From Rhizodiscina lignyota (Eukaryota): a stretch of 64,000 nucleotides of DNA. Below, piece after piece: positions 1 through 13,633 of the stretch. The translations under genes and the position numbers were made by a program. Where the stretch lies: assembly GCA_010015805.1 (NCBI GenBank), contig ML978124.1:1612001-1676000 (forward strand). The letters are read 5' to 3'. The notes under the pieces were generated by a model. That model saw only the letters and a list, made by a program, of their open reading frames with translations. It was not told where the DNA came from and ran no database searches. Numbering within the stretch: position 1 is the first letter of the stretch; the number at the start of each line of letters is the position of its first letter.

Positions 1-326
1 TTGTTTTATTTTATTTTGGTTGACTTAGCTGTGATTCTTCATTGTTTGGCTCACTGCGCGGAGCACGTGACATGGCTAAGGGCCTCGGCACCGGATTAAC
101 CACATTTCCAGTCGAAGGCTGGAAATATCAGTACCCAGAGCTAGGTGTCCTGACACCCCGGAGTTTAGGTACCAAAACTGGGAATGCCAGGCCTAGCGCT
201 AAGGGAGATACAGCAGAGCGGGGACCTGACTCATTTTGTAATAGAAGAAGGTAGATACTCTTGAACGTACATATCTATTTTCGCATTGAATTATTTGAAT
301 ACAGCGCGCGACTAGCCCTCTACTTC

Positions 327-1657
327 TTACACAATCTTCCGCCTCACGACTCTAACAATGTCTCTAAGACCTTTCAATCTCGAGTCTCTTGTTTCTCCAA
401 GGTAAAGTGTGGCAACAGGCCAAGCATGAATACCACCTTTCGCTTCGTCGACCTCAACCTCCGGCCCAGCCTTCTTCAGCACACTTATCAGATTTCTCGT
501 TTCTGGGCCGAGGACCTCTTCTGATCCAAACAAAAACAGCCAACCCTTCTTTGGCGATGCCCGAGACCATCTTGACAGATCCTTGCAGAGTCCAGGTGAA
601 ACCATAGGATCATCTTGGGATACCTTGCGTCCAATGTATTGGGTACCGTAAAGATGTAAGCTGTCTGCGTTGAGGTAATCGCTCGGTGTATTTCGATTCT
701 GTTTCGATATTATCGTGACCCAAGGAGAGATCATGATACTCATGGCTGGTAGCTTCGAGCAGCGTTCCGGAAGATCGGCCATATACAATAGCAGGCTCAA
801 GATCAATGTAGCCCCGGCCGAGTCACCCCCAACGCAGATTTTTGAAGGGTCTTCCACAATTGAGAGGACATGCTGATAGCCCGCGAAACACTGCTGCACC
901 TGTGTCGGGTAGACGGCGTCCGGCACGAGAGTGTACTCGAGGGTGAAGAGCGCAGGATTTCTATATCCCGACTCTTTCAGTAGCGTAACCCAAGCTAACA
1001 GGAATTCGAGGTAGAAGTAGCTTGACCCCATTGAGAAACCGCCCCCTACAAAAATCAGTCATTCACTCATGCTCCGGTGATGGGTCCTTGATGTCTTACC
1101 ATGGCAATAGTATATCACAATATCTGGCTTCTCATGCTCGTTCGGTATAATCCAAACGCCCTTAAAACCTTTCTATTTCCGGTTCAGTCATTAGCAGCCA
1201 TGAAAGAATAGTCACATACCCGATGAATCTCCCGCCAACGTATTGGAGACGTAAAATACCCATGCCTCAACATCCGGAAGTACAAGAACGGCAGTGCCAC
1301 CTGCTTCGAGAAGAAGACTCTCCCAATGTATGCTGGCATAAAGGCAAAGGCATATCGAACACATCTAATGACAAAGTCCTGGAATGCGGTCGCGTTCTGT
1401 ACAAAGGGTGATCGCCGTTGTCGAGGAGTAAAGTATCTCTCGTGCAGGAATTGATACGGCAATTGCACGCCTACGATTGCCGTCAACATTCTGACTTCAA
1501 ATCAGTATCAACGCGCTCCGATGCTCTTACAGAGGGACGGGGAAGCGCCTAACACCCATTTCGCGGTTTCGAAAAATCCAACATGAATGATTAGCTGCGG
1601 GGCGAGGAAAATCAGAAACACGAGACAGTCTAGATAGGATATCTGAGACAAAATCAT
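327..1657 (-). CDS. Alpha/beta hydrolase, hormone-sensitive-lipase (abhydrolase_3) family, hydrophobic N-terminus; 4 exons
   Basis: Exons ~1657-1531, 1470-1220, 1172-1100, 1045-327 joined by GT-AG introns. HGGGF oxyanion motif (across a junction), GDSAG nucleophile motif and C-terminal HAW. Confidence 0.85.
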
Positions 1658-2175
1658 TTCGTGCCTCGTTGCGCGAACGTCGAGAACTCAAAAGTTAGAG
1701 ATGGAAGGAGGAACGTCCGAAGGAGATGTATGATGACAGGACCGCGCCTACGCCAAGCCGGTTCAAGATCTCTCGCGAATCTTGAAATTTGGGGATGCCA
1801 TTATGTATTCGAGGAAAAGGAGACTTTTGCAAATCATCATGAACTCCAATTACCTTCAAGTGCTCCTTGTAGGGCTGAATCTCAGCCAGCAGAATCGGTT
1901 CCGTTGATAACCATTGACGCCCACGTGACAATTTGACGCGTCGCGCGGAAAAATTAGTTACCGCGAGAAGCTCGGGACATCGGGTAACGGTTTTGTGGCT
2001 TCAACCTCAACCTCTGCTTGAGCTCACACGACACTTCGAGCGCATACTACACACAATGCGAAGACACTAGCCTCTTTCTTCACCTCAGCCTACATGACAT
2101 GATCATACAGCTCGCTTGAGCAGGCTTTAGCAGTTTCTGCAGGAGCTTGCCAGGCACCTACACTTTCTCATCACG

Positions 2176-5100
2176 ATGGCAGCGGCAGCGATGGACTTGG
2201 AGAGCGCGTTGGAACTTGCGAGGTTAGTTTATGCTAAACGCTCGAGGCTACTTGTGTAGATTCCTTGCTCATGAGGTTGCAGTGGCATAGCCGATATTCC
2301 GATCAAGCTTAGATGCGCGTCGTGCAGCAAGCTTGCTGTGAACGCTTTCAAGTTGCCATGCTGCGACCAAGTCATCTGTGAGCCATGTAAGTTACAGCCC
2401 ATTGTGCCTCTAGAAGCCGCTGAGTCTAACTTATTGTGAATCAGGTCAACAAACGCTCGAATCTTCATGTCCCATATGCGCGCATTCGCCGCTTAACCCC
2501 GCCGACTGTATCCCTTCAAAGGCCCTTCGTACAACAGTGCGGGCTTTCCTTAGAACCGAAGAAAAGAAACGGGAGGGCATTCAGGCTGCTGCTAGTGTCC
2601 ACCCTGCAACTCCTACAACACCTGCACCGTCTGCAGACGCACTCGGTGCGGCTGCTACTGTGAGTCACCAGCAGCCTCAACAAGAAGACAAGAGCGTGAC
2701 CGGAGGCTCTGTGAAAGATGCTGGGCATTCTGCACAAAATGTCGAGGAACGTGCGCAGGTGGAGTTGCAAGGTCACTCTTCAGCTCCCCATACCGAATTT
2801 GTATGTCAGCCATGCCTTATTTGGCTTCTTCTTGTGCTCACTAACCTCTTCGCTAGGGAGATTCTATCACGCATCCTCTAAATCAACCGAACGCAGAGCA
2901 AAGCATGTCTGCGCAAATCCCCGATAGCGATCCTCCGGCCATGCAGACCGAGCAGTCTGCGGATACTAGTTCTGAAATTCAGGTCAATTTAGGGGACCAG
3001 GGAGAAGGCTGGAATGGCCAGAATAGCATGGGACAAAATCAGACGGACAGGTCAAACCAGATGCAAGACATGTCACAAGCAAATATGAACGGAATGGGCT
3101 GGAACACGACTCCTGGTTTCAATCCCATGATGCAAATGCAAATGCAGATGCCGAACGGCATGCAGAATGGGAATTGGAGCGGCTTTCCAAACATGATGGG
3201 TACGTCTGACTACTGAGAGAATATTGGAGCGCATTGCTAACAGACACTATAGGCATGTCAAACATGGGCATGGACCCGATGAGCATGCAACAAGGAATGT
3301 TCGGCGGTGGTTACGGCATGGGCATGAATGGCATGAATATGGATGTAGGCTACGGAGGATATGGAGGAAATTGGAATGGACAGCAGATGGGCAGTGACTT
3401 TGGCGCAAATGCTGGCTATTATCCCGGAGGTGGATATAATCAACAATCGCACCAGGGACAATTTCCTCATCAGATGCATCACCAACAGTACCCTAATAAA
3501 TTTCAGAACCATCATTTTCAGGGCCGCGGTGCATATTCGCACAGAGGATATGGTCGAGGCTACCAGAGAAATAACCAATATGGTTATGGCCAGGGCCAAT
3601 GGCAAGGTCATGGAGGCGCGCAAAACTTCTCCACCGATGATTCGAATCAGCAGTGGCAAACTGAAGATGGAAACGTCCAAAACCAGATGACGCAGGCCGC
3701 ACAAGATCGTCGTGCTTCTCAGCAGGACGAATCATCCAGACCGCAGCCTGCGGCGGACCAAGAAGCGAGTGAACAGGAACATGCAGCAGAAAAACCTTCA
3801 GAAAATGAAGAGGCCGATTCAGCTATTACTTCTAACCAACAGGTCGAGAATTCTGGAGGTGAACCCCAATCCAGAGATAAGGAGCCAAGCAGAACCTCTG
3901 TCGATTCACTTAACCCTGCAGCTGCAGTGAACAGTAACGAGCAACAGGACGCAACCGCCCCAGTCAATACACTTGCGGAGCAGCCAGATCATGATGAGCA
4001 GCAAACAAGTCATATTGCCACGTATGAGAGCAGCTCAGCAGCTTCATTGCATGGTGCACCTTCTGCCTATGAGAATTCCTATGACAATGGCCCATACGGT
4101 GCGTCCTACGGTCCGGGCTATGACCAATATCCTTCGCGGGACATGGGATATGGCTATCAATCACGTGGAAGAGGCTTTCGTCGAGGCTACGCAAGAGGCG
4201 GTTATGGCCGTGGTGGATACGATTACCGCGGAGGATTCGGTGGTCGTGGTTTCGTGCCGACAGATGCAAAAGCTCCAGATTCTCAGCAAAATGTTGAAAC
4301 ATTTCCTATTACTCCTGTGGTGCCTGATGTCCCCGAAAATGCGCCTACCGGACCGAAGGCATGGCGTGAGGGCAACACGAATTCAGGTCGGGGCGGGTTC
4401 TCTGGTCATCCGGGAAGAGGAGGCCTTGCTACGAATTCTCCTGATACTACCCGGCATGATCGTGTTATAACTCCATCAGAGCGCCGCCAATCACCCGCTC
4501 CGAGCAGATCACGATCCCCATCAAGATCGCGCTCAAGGTCGAGATCTCCATCGCAACATCGGCATCGGCGTCACCGCCATCGCACTAGGAGCCCATCAGA
4601 AGACTCCGAAGAGTATGAGCGACGGCGTTCCCGGAAGCATAAGCGCTCGTCCCGAAAATACGATGATGATAACTTGGACGAAGACTCCCAAGCACCAAGT
4701 AAGGAGAAAGAAGAGACAGTGAAGAGATCTCGAGAGGGGTCTATAGAGTCATCTCGCCGCCGCGATAGTCGCCGAGAAAAAGAGAAGCACCGCTCATCTC
4801 GGAATTACCGAAGCCGGAGTAGAGAGCACAGACGTCGGCGACACAGATCATCTACTCCAGAAGATATGATTGATGCTGACGAAGATATTAGGAGCTTGGC
4901 CAATGGAACCGGCCCTAGCTCAGAAAGCAGTCGGAGGAAATCGAAAGATGATCGTAGCGAGCGGCACCGAGAAAAAGAGCGTGAAAGGGATAAAGAAAAG
5001 GATCGGAAAAGAGAGAAAGAGCGTGATAGGAGTCGAAGTAGAGATCACAAGCGGTCGAAGCGTGACCGCTCAGCATCACCAAGCAAAGGATACTCCGAAG

Positions 5101-5867
5101 AAGAAGAGGGCTACCACCGTTCCTCACGACGCAGTCGCAAAGAGAAGGAAAAAGAAAAGGAAAAGGAAAAGGAGCACGATCGCTACAGAGAGCGCGAGGA
5201 CGAATATGAGCGCGACCGTGACCGAGAACGAGCAAAGAGGCGTGAGAAACACCGAGAGCGTGAGAAGCAATATGAGGAGGAAGACAAGGCTCCTCCATCT
5301 GCACCAGCGGCTGACGTAGAGTTCAAAATCCAGGGCCGCTCGAAAGATCGGGATCGCATCCCGTCTGGCCCGGCTGCAATGCAACCGCCTACTGGACCTC
5401 GCGCTCGCAACATCAACATCAACATCAAGCCCCCAACTGGCCCAGCCTCTCAACGTCGTCCATCTCAGCATTCTGTCGGCCCACATACTCCGGTTTCTCC
5501 AGAGGCTCCTGCGTCCGCGACATCCGTCGACCCGCATACTCTTGAACGTGAAGCTCGGAATCGAGAGCGAATGCTACGTGAGGAACAGCGTAGAATGTCT
5601 TTGCAGACTGGCGGTACGTCCAGGCCAGATCGTAAGCGATCCTATGACGATACGAACGGTCTTACTGATGACAAGCCTTTTGCACCACCGACTGGACCAA
5701 GTGCAGAGAGAAACGTACGAAAGCGACACCGCGGCAGCGAAGACCACGGGACTAGCAGAAAGGGTAAGCAGGGAAGGAGATCGAGTTATAAGTACGAGGA
5801 CGAGGAGAATGATGAGGACAGAGCGCATCGCGTTGAGAGTGAGCGCGAGGCTTCGAGATGGCATTAA
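2176..5867 (+). CDS. N-terminal RING-like (Mpe1/RBBP6-type) zinc finger protein with long G/Y/Q-rich, RGG, RS and R/E/K/D low-complexity regions; likely RNA-processing factor; 5 exons
   Basis: Spliced N-terminus DIPIKLRCASCSKLAVNAFKLPCCDQVICEPC...CPICAH (introns ~2223-2282, 2387-2445, ~2801-2856, ~3200-3252). The large ORF 3234-5867 carries RSRSPSRSRSRSRSPS and RGG repeats. Confidence 0.8.
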
Positions 5868-6039
5868 CAATCCCCAAACTTCCAGAGCAGTGAACCCTTA
5901 TTCGACAGAGTTAACGCTCGAATTATCGGAGGGATATCGCATTCGATACCGTACATGGTAATTCCTAGTGACTAGCGCTACTAGCTAGGCCCAAATGCAA
6001 ACACCATGTCCTACCGGATCTACTTTTCCGTGTTACATA

Positions 6040-9000
6040 TCACTCGAAAGTGAAATCCCCACCCAAGTCCAAATCTGCAAACATATCATCGTCCCCGGAT
6101 GGCATCACGCCTTCCATCCCCAAACTTCCACCACCACCCGCTCCGGCTTGCCCCGCCGCAGCGCCTTGCTGGCTCGTTCCTGCTGCACCCGACAGATCCA
6201 TGCCACCCACGCCAGAAGGATCGCTCAAATCCATTCCAGCAGCATCAAACAGATCTCCTGCTCCTGACTGAGCAGCCTGCCCCGAGGCATCTCCGAGCAA
6301 TCCGCTCATAGAGTCTACGGCCGAACCGACGTCTAGCGCCATCTGCATTTGGTTCGCAGCATCCACGTTGGCCGCAGCAAGATCGACGCCAGGTACGCCT
6401 CCGACAGCTGCAGCTGCGGCGGCCGCAGCGCCCATTCCACCGTCGCCGCCCATACTAACGCTCGTGCAAAGAGCCTCTACACGGCGGTGCAGACGGATGA
6501 CTGTTTCAGCAGTGATGGCATCCTTCTTGATCGTGGAAGGCGCATCTTCGAACGCCACCTTCAGCGCGTCGCATAGGTTAAGCCGTGATCTGCTCTGGGG
6601 TGGCATCGGCAATGGGCTCGCAGACCATGACACCGGGACTGGGCTGTTGTTTGCCGTCGGAGCGCAAATGAGCGCCACTGCCACATCCAAAGCAATGTGG
6701 CCTTGGTTGGCCTCTGTCTGTATCTTCACCTCGTCAATGACCGTGGCGATGAGGTCGAATGGGGTTAGGAACCGCGAGGCTAATTGCATGACTCGAGGAG
6801 AGTATGTGGCCGGAGGAGGCTGCGCGATATTGACGCCACCAACATTGCCCACGGCCAAGCTGCTCGATGAGTTTGCAGACCATGCTGTGAGGCCTTGCAC
6901 AGTAGCTCTTACGGCCTTCTCAACGTTTCCGCCGACGAGGATATTTTCTGGTACGCCCTCTTTCCCGCCAAAGACTCTCCCGACATGAAAGTCTCTGAAT
7001 GGTTTGAGCGTCTGATGAAGGCTCTCGACGGGCGCGTGCGTGGATGGATCTCTCTTTTCAATGAGCTGGAGAACCGCTGACAGCTTGGGCTGCATGATGG
7101 ACATGATGGTGGAGTGCATGGCCTGTGCTGTGTCCGATGCTGACGAGGATGGCGGTCGAACAAGCTTCTGGAAGACCTGTAGAACGATGGGCACATCGGA
7201 GTTTTGGTGAGACCATGCATGGTTACAAAGCCAGGTCAACGGACCAATAAGGGAAGGTAAGAGAAATGGGAGTGACAAGTCTACGGAAATAGTCAGCATA
7301 GTTTCCGACCGGGTCTTGCCCCCTTTCGTCAACGCAATAGTCGGATTTCACTCACATTCAAGGCCGCTTTTCAAAGTCTTTATGTCTAGCACCTCGGCCG
7401 CACACGCATATACGGCCTGAGCGCATATTGTCGGGCAGAGCATATAGAACTCTTGGGGTCGACACGCAGACATGACCTCGTCGCTGATGCCCTCGGGATT
7501 GAATAGACCAAGGATCCAACCGTCAAGGTATTTCCGCTCGTCTTCGGATAATTCGTCCAAGTTACGACTAATGTGGCCTTTGACGAGCAGCTGCGCGACG
7601 AAAGAGGATGGCAATATGCCAATATCGTGAGATTCCAGCGAGAAGCGGTTGATGAACGCCAAAACGAGTAGGAGAATGGCGGCGAACTCTTCGTATACCG
7701 GCTGGTATTCTCCTTGATCTTCCTCATAATGCCAACCGTCTAACAGGTTACACAATGGCTGCAGAATGCTGCTCGGTGAAGTGAACTGCAGCATAACGCC
7801 TAGACATTGTGGCTTTCGGGATAAGGCGTTGCATATGGTCTTCAGAGACATTGTCGCTTTTGCTGCACATAAGCTTCGAAGCATCTGGATTTTGTTAACT
7901 CATTATATTAGGTCAATTCGATAGAGCACTTACCTCTGTCACTGCAAGCACGATTGCACCCGCGTTCCCATCGATCTTCTCCAGCTCATCGATATAGCCT
8001 TCTACTAGATCGAGATTTGACCGACACTGGCCGACAAGGTTTTCCTTGATATACCTGCTTCCTGCCGCAGGCGGCTGGTCCATCAATGCATCGCCAAGAA
8101 GGCGGTCAGTGCTGTTACTGGGAAGGAGAGAGTGACGAATGCAAGCAAAGACAAAATCTTGACGCACATCCGAAAGCGGATTCGAGCTATCCAAGAAGGA
8201 TTCGGAGAAAGTAGGGAAAGCGGCTTGGTCGATATGGGTGAGCGCCTCAGTAATACAGTATTCGGTGTTTAGGCCTTCAAAGGTCGAACTCGCCAGCATC
8301 GGAATCAGGGTAGGTATTTTGTTAATGAGGAAGGATCGCAGGGTGAACATGACGAATTTAGATTCGCCGCGATTGAAGGCCCCAGAGAGCGCGTCGAAAG
8401 AGGCCACAATAAGATCCACGGTCAATGTCTGGACATTAGCTTTGTAGATTGCCGTAAGATAGTTGAGATAGTTCAAGATCAGGCTCTCATCTGTCAAGGG
8501 CCGAGAGACAGAGAGAGCACTGACGAAGACGTAGAGGTGTGCGCGAGTCCGTATCTCCGGCAGGTCCATGACTGCGTCGATTTGAAGAGCTGCGGCGACA
8601 TCCAGGCCGTCTCCTTGAGAGCCTTTGCTGGCCGATTTCTCTTCGATGATACCGAGGTTCTTCTGAACGCTTTCAAGCCGAGCTGCTGACTGCGGTGATA
8701 ATTGAGCCCAGAGCGGCACGAAGGCGGTTAAGGCACGAGAAATCTGCGTTCTGGCATTCTTGCCCAATCCCACATCCACAAGTCCAGAGAATTTCACATT
8801 CTCTAATGCTGCGAGCCAAAATTGGCCTATTGATTCTCTCACTATGGCCGACTCGAGCTGTTTGTGCTGTTCGACTTCGGCGCCCATAGCTTGCATCATG
8901 GATTCGTTGGAATTGATGGTGACAACAGCGGCAGTCCATTCGACTAGCGTTTGAAGGCATGACCGTGCTTCCGTTGGAGTTTTCGGTCTCGGACCAGTCA

Positions 9001-9379
9001 CCAAAAGCCGTGAGAGCTGGTTGAGGATATTGCTCTCCAGCTGCGGCGAGTTGAGCGACCGGCCCTTAGTCTTCGGCGTACCATGTTGCTGTGCCGCAAG
9101 CTGGTTTCGCGCACAGGAACGGAGAAACATTGCCTTCAGGACATCAGATACATCGACCAGTAAGGATTCCAGTAATGAGTCGATGTAAATGGCGATTCGT
9201 GGATCTCCTGGAACTGTTGTCGCAGAAACGCGGTCAAAGAAAATCGCCGCGAGCCTCGCACCGGGGGCAGGAGAGCGGTCGTGGAGTTGATTGATGAATT
9301 TCGAGAACTTGTCGCCAGGTAGCCTTCTCTCGAAGGATTGCTTGAATAAGATATCCCATGTCCTCAGATTCTGGTCCAT
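6040..9379 (-). CDS. MED5: Mediator complex subunit Med5 (Nut1); 3 exons
   Basis: ORFs 7913-9379, 7348-7884 and 6040-7332 joined by GT-AG introns. Motifs recognised as Med5-typical: DVRQDFVFACIRH, EEDQGEYQPVYEEFAAILLLVLAF, GISDEVMSACRPQEFY. Confidence 0.88.
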
Positions 9380-9940
9380 ACTGCAGCAGGCTGGTCAAGG
9401 ATACAAGCTGAATTTCTGCCCAACAAAAAGTGATCGCGGTGCCATGGAGCGCATTTATCGTCGTCCAAGTAGCAATATCTGGGGGAATCGACTGGACACC
9501 ATGACCTGTTGATCTCTGCGGGGCCGGAAGCGTCGTAATAGGGTTCGTGGTCACGGAGGTATTATGTTCGAGGTGATTCGTGAATGCGGCGTCAAAGCCA
9601 CAAACAAGGGGGCGGCTCTTGCCGAGCAGAGTAAATGAAGAGTCGCATTGTACGGAGTAGGCTTCTATCACGACTCACGCCCAGTGGCTGTCTCAGATGA
9701 TTAAACAAGTACCGATTTCCCTATGCCCTCTCGGATATGCTACGCTTTCCCGCGGAATCCACTGCACATACGCTCCGCTCCGCAATAGTGGAAGGTGTGA
9801 GTTTACGCCAAGAGACTAGCTTTTCGGTGCAAAGTCTGACCTAATAATCTCGGTCTACGGTTCACTAAACCTCTTTGACTATTTGCCGTTGCATTTCCCG
9901 CCGCAACATTCCCATCCGTAACTGACACTGAATTCCTGAC

Positions 9941-11213
9941 CTAGTCGCAGTCCAACGGATCCCAATCTTCGTAAGCAGTCACATTAGTCAATGATTACCA
10001 GAAATGTGCAATCATGCGGAAATGCTCCAGCTCACCTGTGACAAGGTACTCATCAAGGCCGTCCATCGTCGCCATGTCACGGGATTCGATTTCGAACCCT
10101 CCGACTTGAGCATTCTCCTCGATGCGTACTTTCCTAGCGCTCTTTGGAAGCGGAGCGTAGCCGTGTTGAAGAGACCACCTTACAAGGAGCTGCCCGGGCG
10201 TGCAAGAATATTTCTTTGCCAGCGAGACTATCGTAGGGTGGCTCATGCGCAGTGCTCTTACAAGGGGTGCATACGCCTCTATGACGATATCATGCTCCTT
10301 GCAGAACCTCGTGATGTCCTCATGCGTGTTGAACGGATGAACTTCGATCTGATCCACCGTAGGTAGAATGCGCGGCTTGGCATCTAGAAGCTCTTTAATC
10401 TGTAACGGAGGGTTATTGACCGTAGGAGAATAGTAGGGGATCCGGCCAGCAGAGGGAACGCATAATATTGCGCCGACTTGGACATACATGTTTGATGCCA
10501 TAATTACTCACGCCCCCAGCCCTAACCTCCCCATGCTCAATGGCATCCTCAAGTGCTCGCCAGCTCTCGAGTCTCGCCTTTTTCCCGCCGTAAGGGCTGT
10601 GTAGGAGGAAGAGATCGATCTTGATGAGTGAACAAACACATAAGAGCAGACCGGACGAAAATATTCGAAGATACTCACGTAGTCTAGACCACACGCCTGC
10701 AGCGAGTTCTTGATCGATCTGCGGGCAGCGTCGTACGAACTGTTTGATGCAAGCTTCGACGTATAAAATATGTCCTCTCGCTTGACGTGGCTGTTCTTAG
10801 ACAAAAAGGTCTTGATAGCTTGGCCGCACTCGCGTTCATTGTGATACATCTGCGCAGAGTCGACACTGAGTTTCAGTCAGTATGTCTGCCGGATATGCAC
10901 AAGATGGCCAGACTTGCCCACGATACCCTGCCTGTTCGATGACTGGAGGTCAACGAGCGCGACGGGCAAAAGGAATGGCCTCTTGTGGAACACAACATAC
11001 TTCCAGAGCATATCCAACGGCTTTCACCGCTTCGCTGCCGCTCATCATATATACGCCCAATTGGATCTGGGGCATCATGGTGCCGTTCGAAAGCTGGCGA
11101 TGTTAGAAATCAATATCCGTGCAACATGGGACGCGCTGCAGATGGTGGCTGGGCCACGCGGGACATGCCTTGATGCGGCTTGCAACACTAAAACTCTGTG
11201 CAGGTGAGGCCAT
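9941..11213 (-). CDS. Aldo-keto reductase (2,5-diketo-gluconate reductase-like); 7 exons, two GC-AG introns
   Basis: Spliced protein contains [61 protein letters not shown] and PLPKS, and ends DWDPLDCD*. Confidence 0.92.
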
Positions 11214-12770
11214 TGTCAACAGTCCGACGGACCAAAAAAATGATGACAGCCCGATAGACCGAATGAAGCGCAAGTAATAGTTTCTAACGAAAATTTCTCC
11301 AAATACGGAGTGCTTTCTTGCGGCTGTGATGACGATATGCCGATCTCCCGCACGGCCAACCCCGACCATGGGTACCGATTCGTTATCAACTAGGTATCCA
11401 GCAACACACACAGGTCTTCTTCAGCGCTTGAGAAATGTTCCGAAACGTATTCGGAGCCGGCTCCGGGCGTGCTCTCGGCCGTGGAAATACGTTTTCCACC
11501 AGTCGCTCGTATTAGTTTGTCCATGTCGAGCGGAAGCAAGCTCCTTGCTACAGCACGGCGTCGCAGCGTTCGGCGTCGCCGTGTGCCTCAGGCGATAATG
11601 CAAACAGTGTACATGGAATGACGAGGATTCTCCACCACCGCCAGTGTTCCCCTTGCGACAAATCCAGTCCAGAATCGGCAGTCTGACCAATTGACCATTC
11701 ATATGGTCTGGACATGCGGCTCCGTCCGATAATGCTGAGGTCTCATTGCTCGGCGGTGGCCGGCGTGCATCAGCGCGTCCTGCAGGTCTGTGGTCTAGAT
11801 TCTCCACCCTACCCTTGAAGTCCGTGGAGGTGTCCCTGGTTCCAAGAGATGCACAGCGGCGCCTTTGGTCTGGTTGGACCTCGTGGAGATTGGGTTTCCC
11901 GGGAAGCGCGCTTTCTTTTTTGGGAGCTATTCACGTCAAGCGACAGGCATGCGCATCGATGGTAATGGTGATCGACTTGTGATGACAATCGATGGGAAGC
12001 CTTCGTAAATTTCTCAGTATAATAGCTAGCTTCAAGCAGATGGGTTGTCTCGGTTCATTTGAACGCTGCAAAGCCACTCGGCCGTGCAGCCTTCACACTG
12101 TGTTTCGCATACCTCGAGAGGTTGAAATAGAAGATGTTCAATCCACCATCCACACTGGATACAGAGCCATGGCCATGGGAGCAGGTGGCAGCTGTATGCC
12201 GGAACCCTGGGACGGTCTCGCTCAGATCTTCGTCAAGGGGCTGAGTGCGCGGACCCGGCGGTAGGTCTGACTTCAGCCACATATGCTGCCACACTTAATC
12301 CATGCTGCATGGATCAGGTGTGGCATTACATGGATCTTTCTTCAGGGGAGCCGGCGATTGACAAGGGGTACCACTATTTGATATGGAGTTGTCCGGTGTG
12401 GAGCTCTGCTTTACTTTCTTGTGTGGAGGAGAGTGCTATTAATGCACCTACCCGTCTCGAAGCCAGCTGAACTCTGCTCCTTTCTCTCCGCAATGCCTAG
12501 CGCTGTTAGACCAAGTGTTGGTGACGGCAGTCGCAAAGGGAATAAACTTAAAGCAACGCAACTGTACGTTTTCGCCGAGGCATTCTGCATTCGGACCTCA
12601 TATTGATATTGACTACGCAACATCTTTTCCCTTCTTGCGCACGCTCGTGCTTTAGATCGATGCTGATCAACGTCTACAGGCAATCAGATCTTCGCGCAAG
12701 CGCCCTTACCATTCGGCTGGCGCCTTGATCTGCATACTACGGCTTAGCGCATGTGAATCTCACAAGTACC

Positions 12771-13633
12771 ATGTCTTTCAGCAACCTCCCAAACGGCTAT
12801 CCCACACAGCCATATGCGAATATAACTCCAAACTCGCGCGCTCCAATCGCCGGTCCATCAAATGCAGCGGTTTCCGGCGCGATGAACAGAACACCAGGCT
12901 CGGCAACGGGCGGCGATGCACCTGCTTCAATGATCGGCGACCCTCAGTTCGATATATTCGAATGGTACCCAGCATATCAGAGCTGCCAGCGCTACTTCCT
13001 CGATCACGCACAATACGATGGCTCCGTACAAGCAGTCGCCGCCCTCATAAACATCTGCCTGCCGTTCCAGTGGACTGCCAACCCCATCATCAGCGCATCT
13101 GGCAATTCGCCGGCCACGGGACCAGGCGCGTACGGGAGTTCATGGCAACAACGCGCCATGCCTGGTGCTTCGACAAGACTGCCTCCGCACCAGGGTGCGC
13201 CTGCGCCAACGTGGGTCAGCCTTGTGCCGTACATGAGGCGCCTGGTAGTGACAGGCTTCGACCGCGAAGGCGTGCTGCACGGCTTCTTCGGAGACGACTG
13301 GCGCAAAGGTGTTGGCCCGCTACAAGAGTGTGAGAGGCGAAACTATCTCTTCGCCGCAAAGAGTGTGGGCTGGGCGAAAGTCAAATACCAGTACGACATA
13401 AGCCCATACGAGACGGTGCCGTTCTTGAAGCCTTTGCAGAACGTGCCAGAGGCGGAGATTGAGAATGCAGAGAAGACATGGAGTCAGTGGCTGGCGTAAG
13501 TGCTCTCTACGCCCATCTCTTCATCTAACAAGGGCTGACTGAAAGCAGAATGGAAGACTGGATGCTCGGTGAGCGGGCGCCAGAGAGGATGGAAGCGGAT
13601 CGTGGTGATAACAATGTCAGTCCTCGGAGCTAG
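12771..13633 (+). CDS. Conserved fungal hypothetical protein; 2 exons
   Basis: ORF 12753-13499 with first ATG at 12771. Intron GTAAGT(13496)...CTGAC...CAG restores WLAMEDWMLGERAP...PRS*. The block FDIFEWYPAYQSCQRYFLDHAQ looks conserved. Confidence 0.8.

Noticed and set aside
3258..6988. Numerous 60-200 aa antisense or alternate-frame ORFs over the RING/RS and Med5 genes (and similar ones over other genes)
   Set aside because: Shadow ORFs of GC-rich, low-complexity coding sequence; many use TTG/GTG starts and have no motifs.
11300..12700. Short ORFs between the aldo-keto reductase and the 12771 gene
   Set aside because: No motifs or consistent splice structure; the region is best read as a divergent promoter and UTRs.
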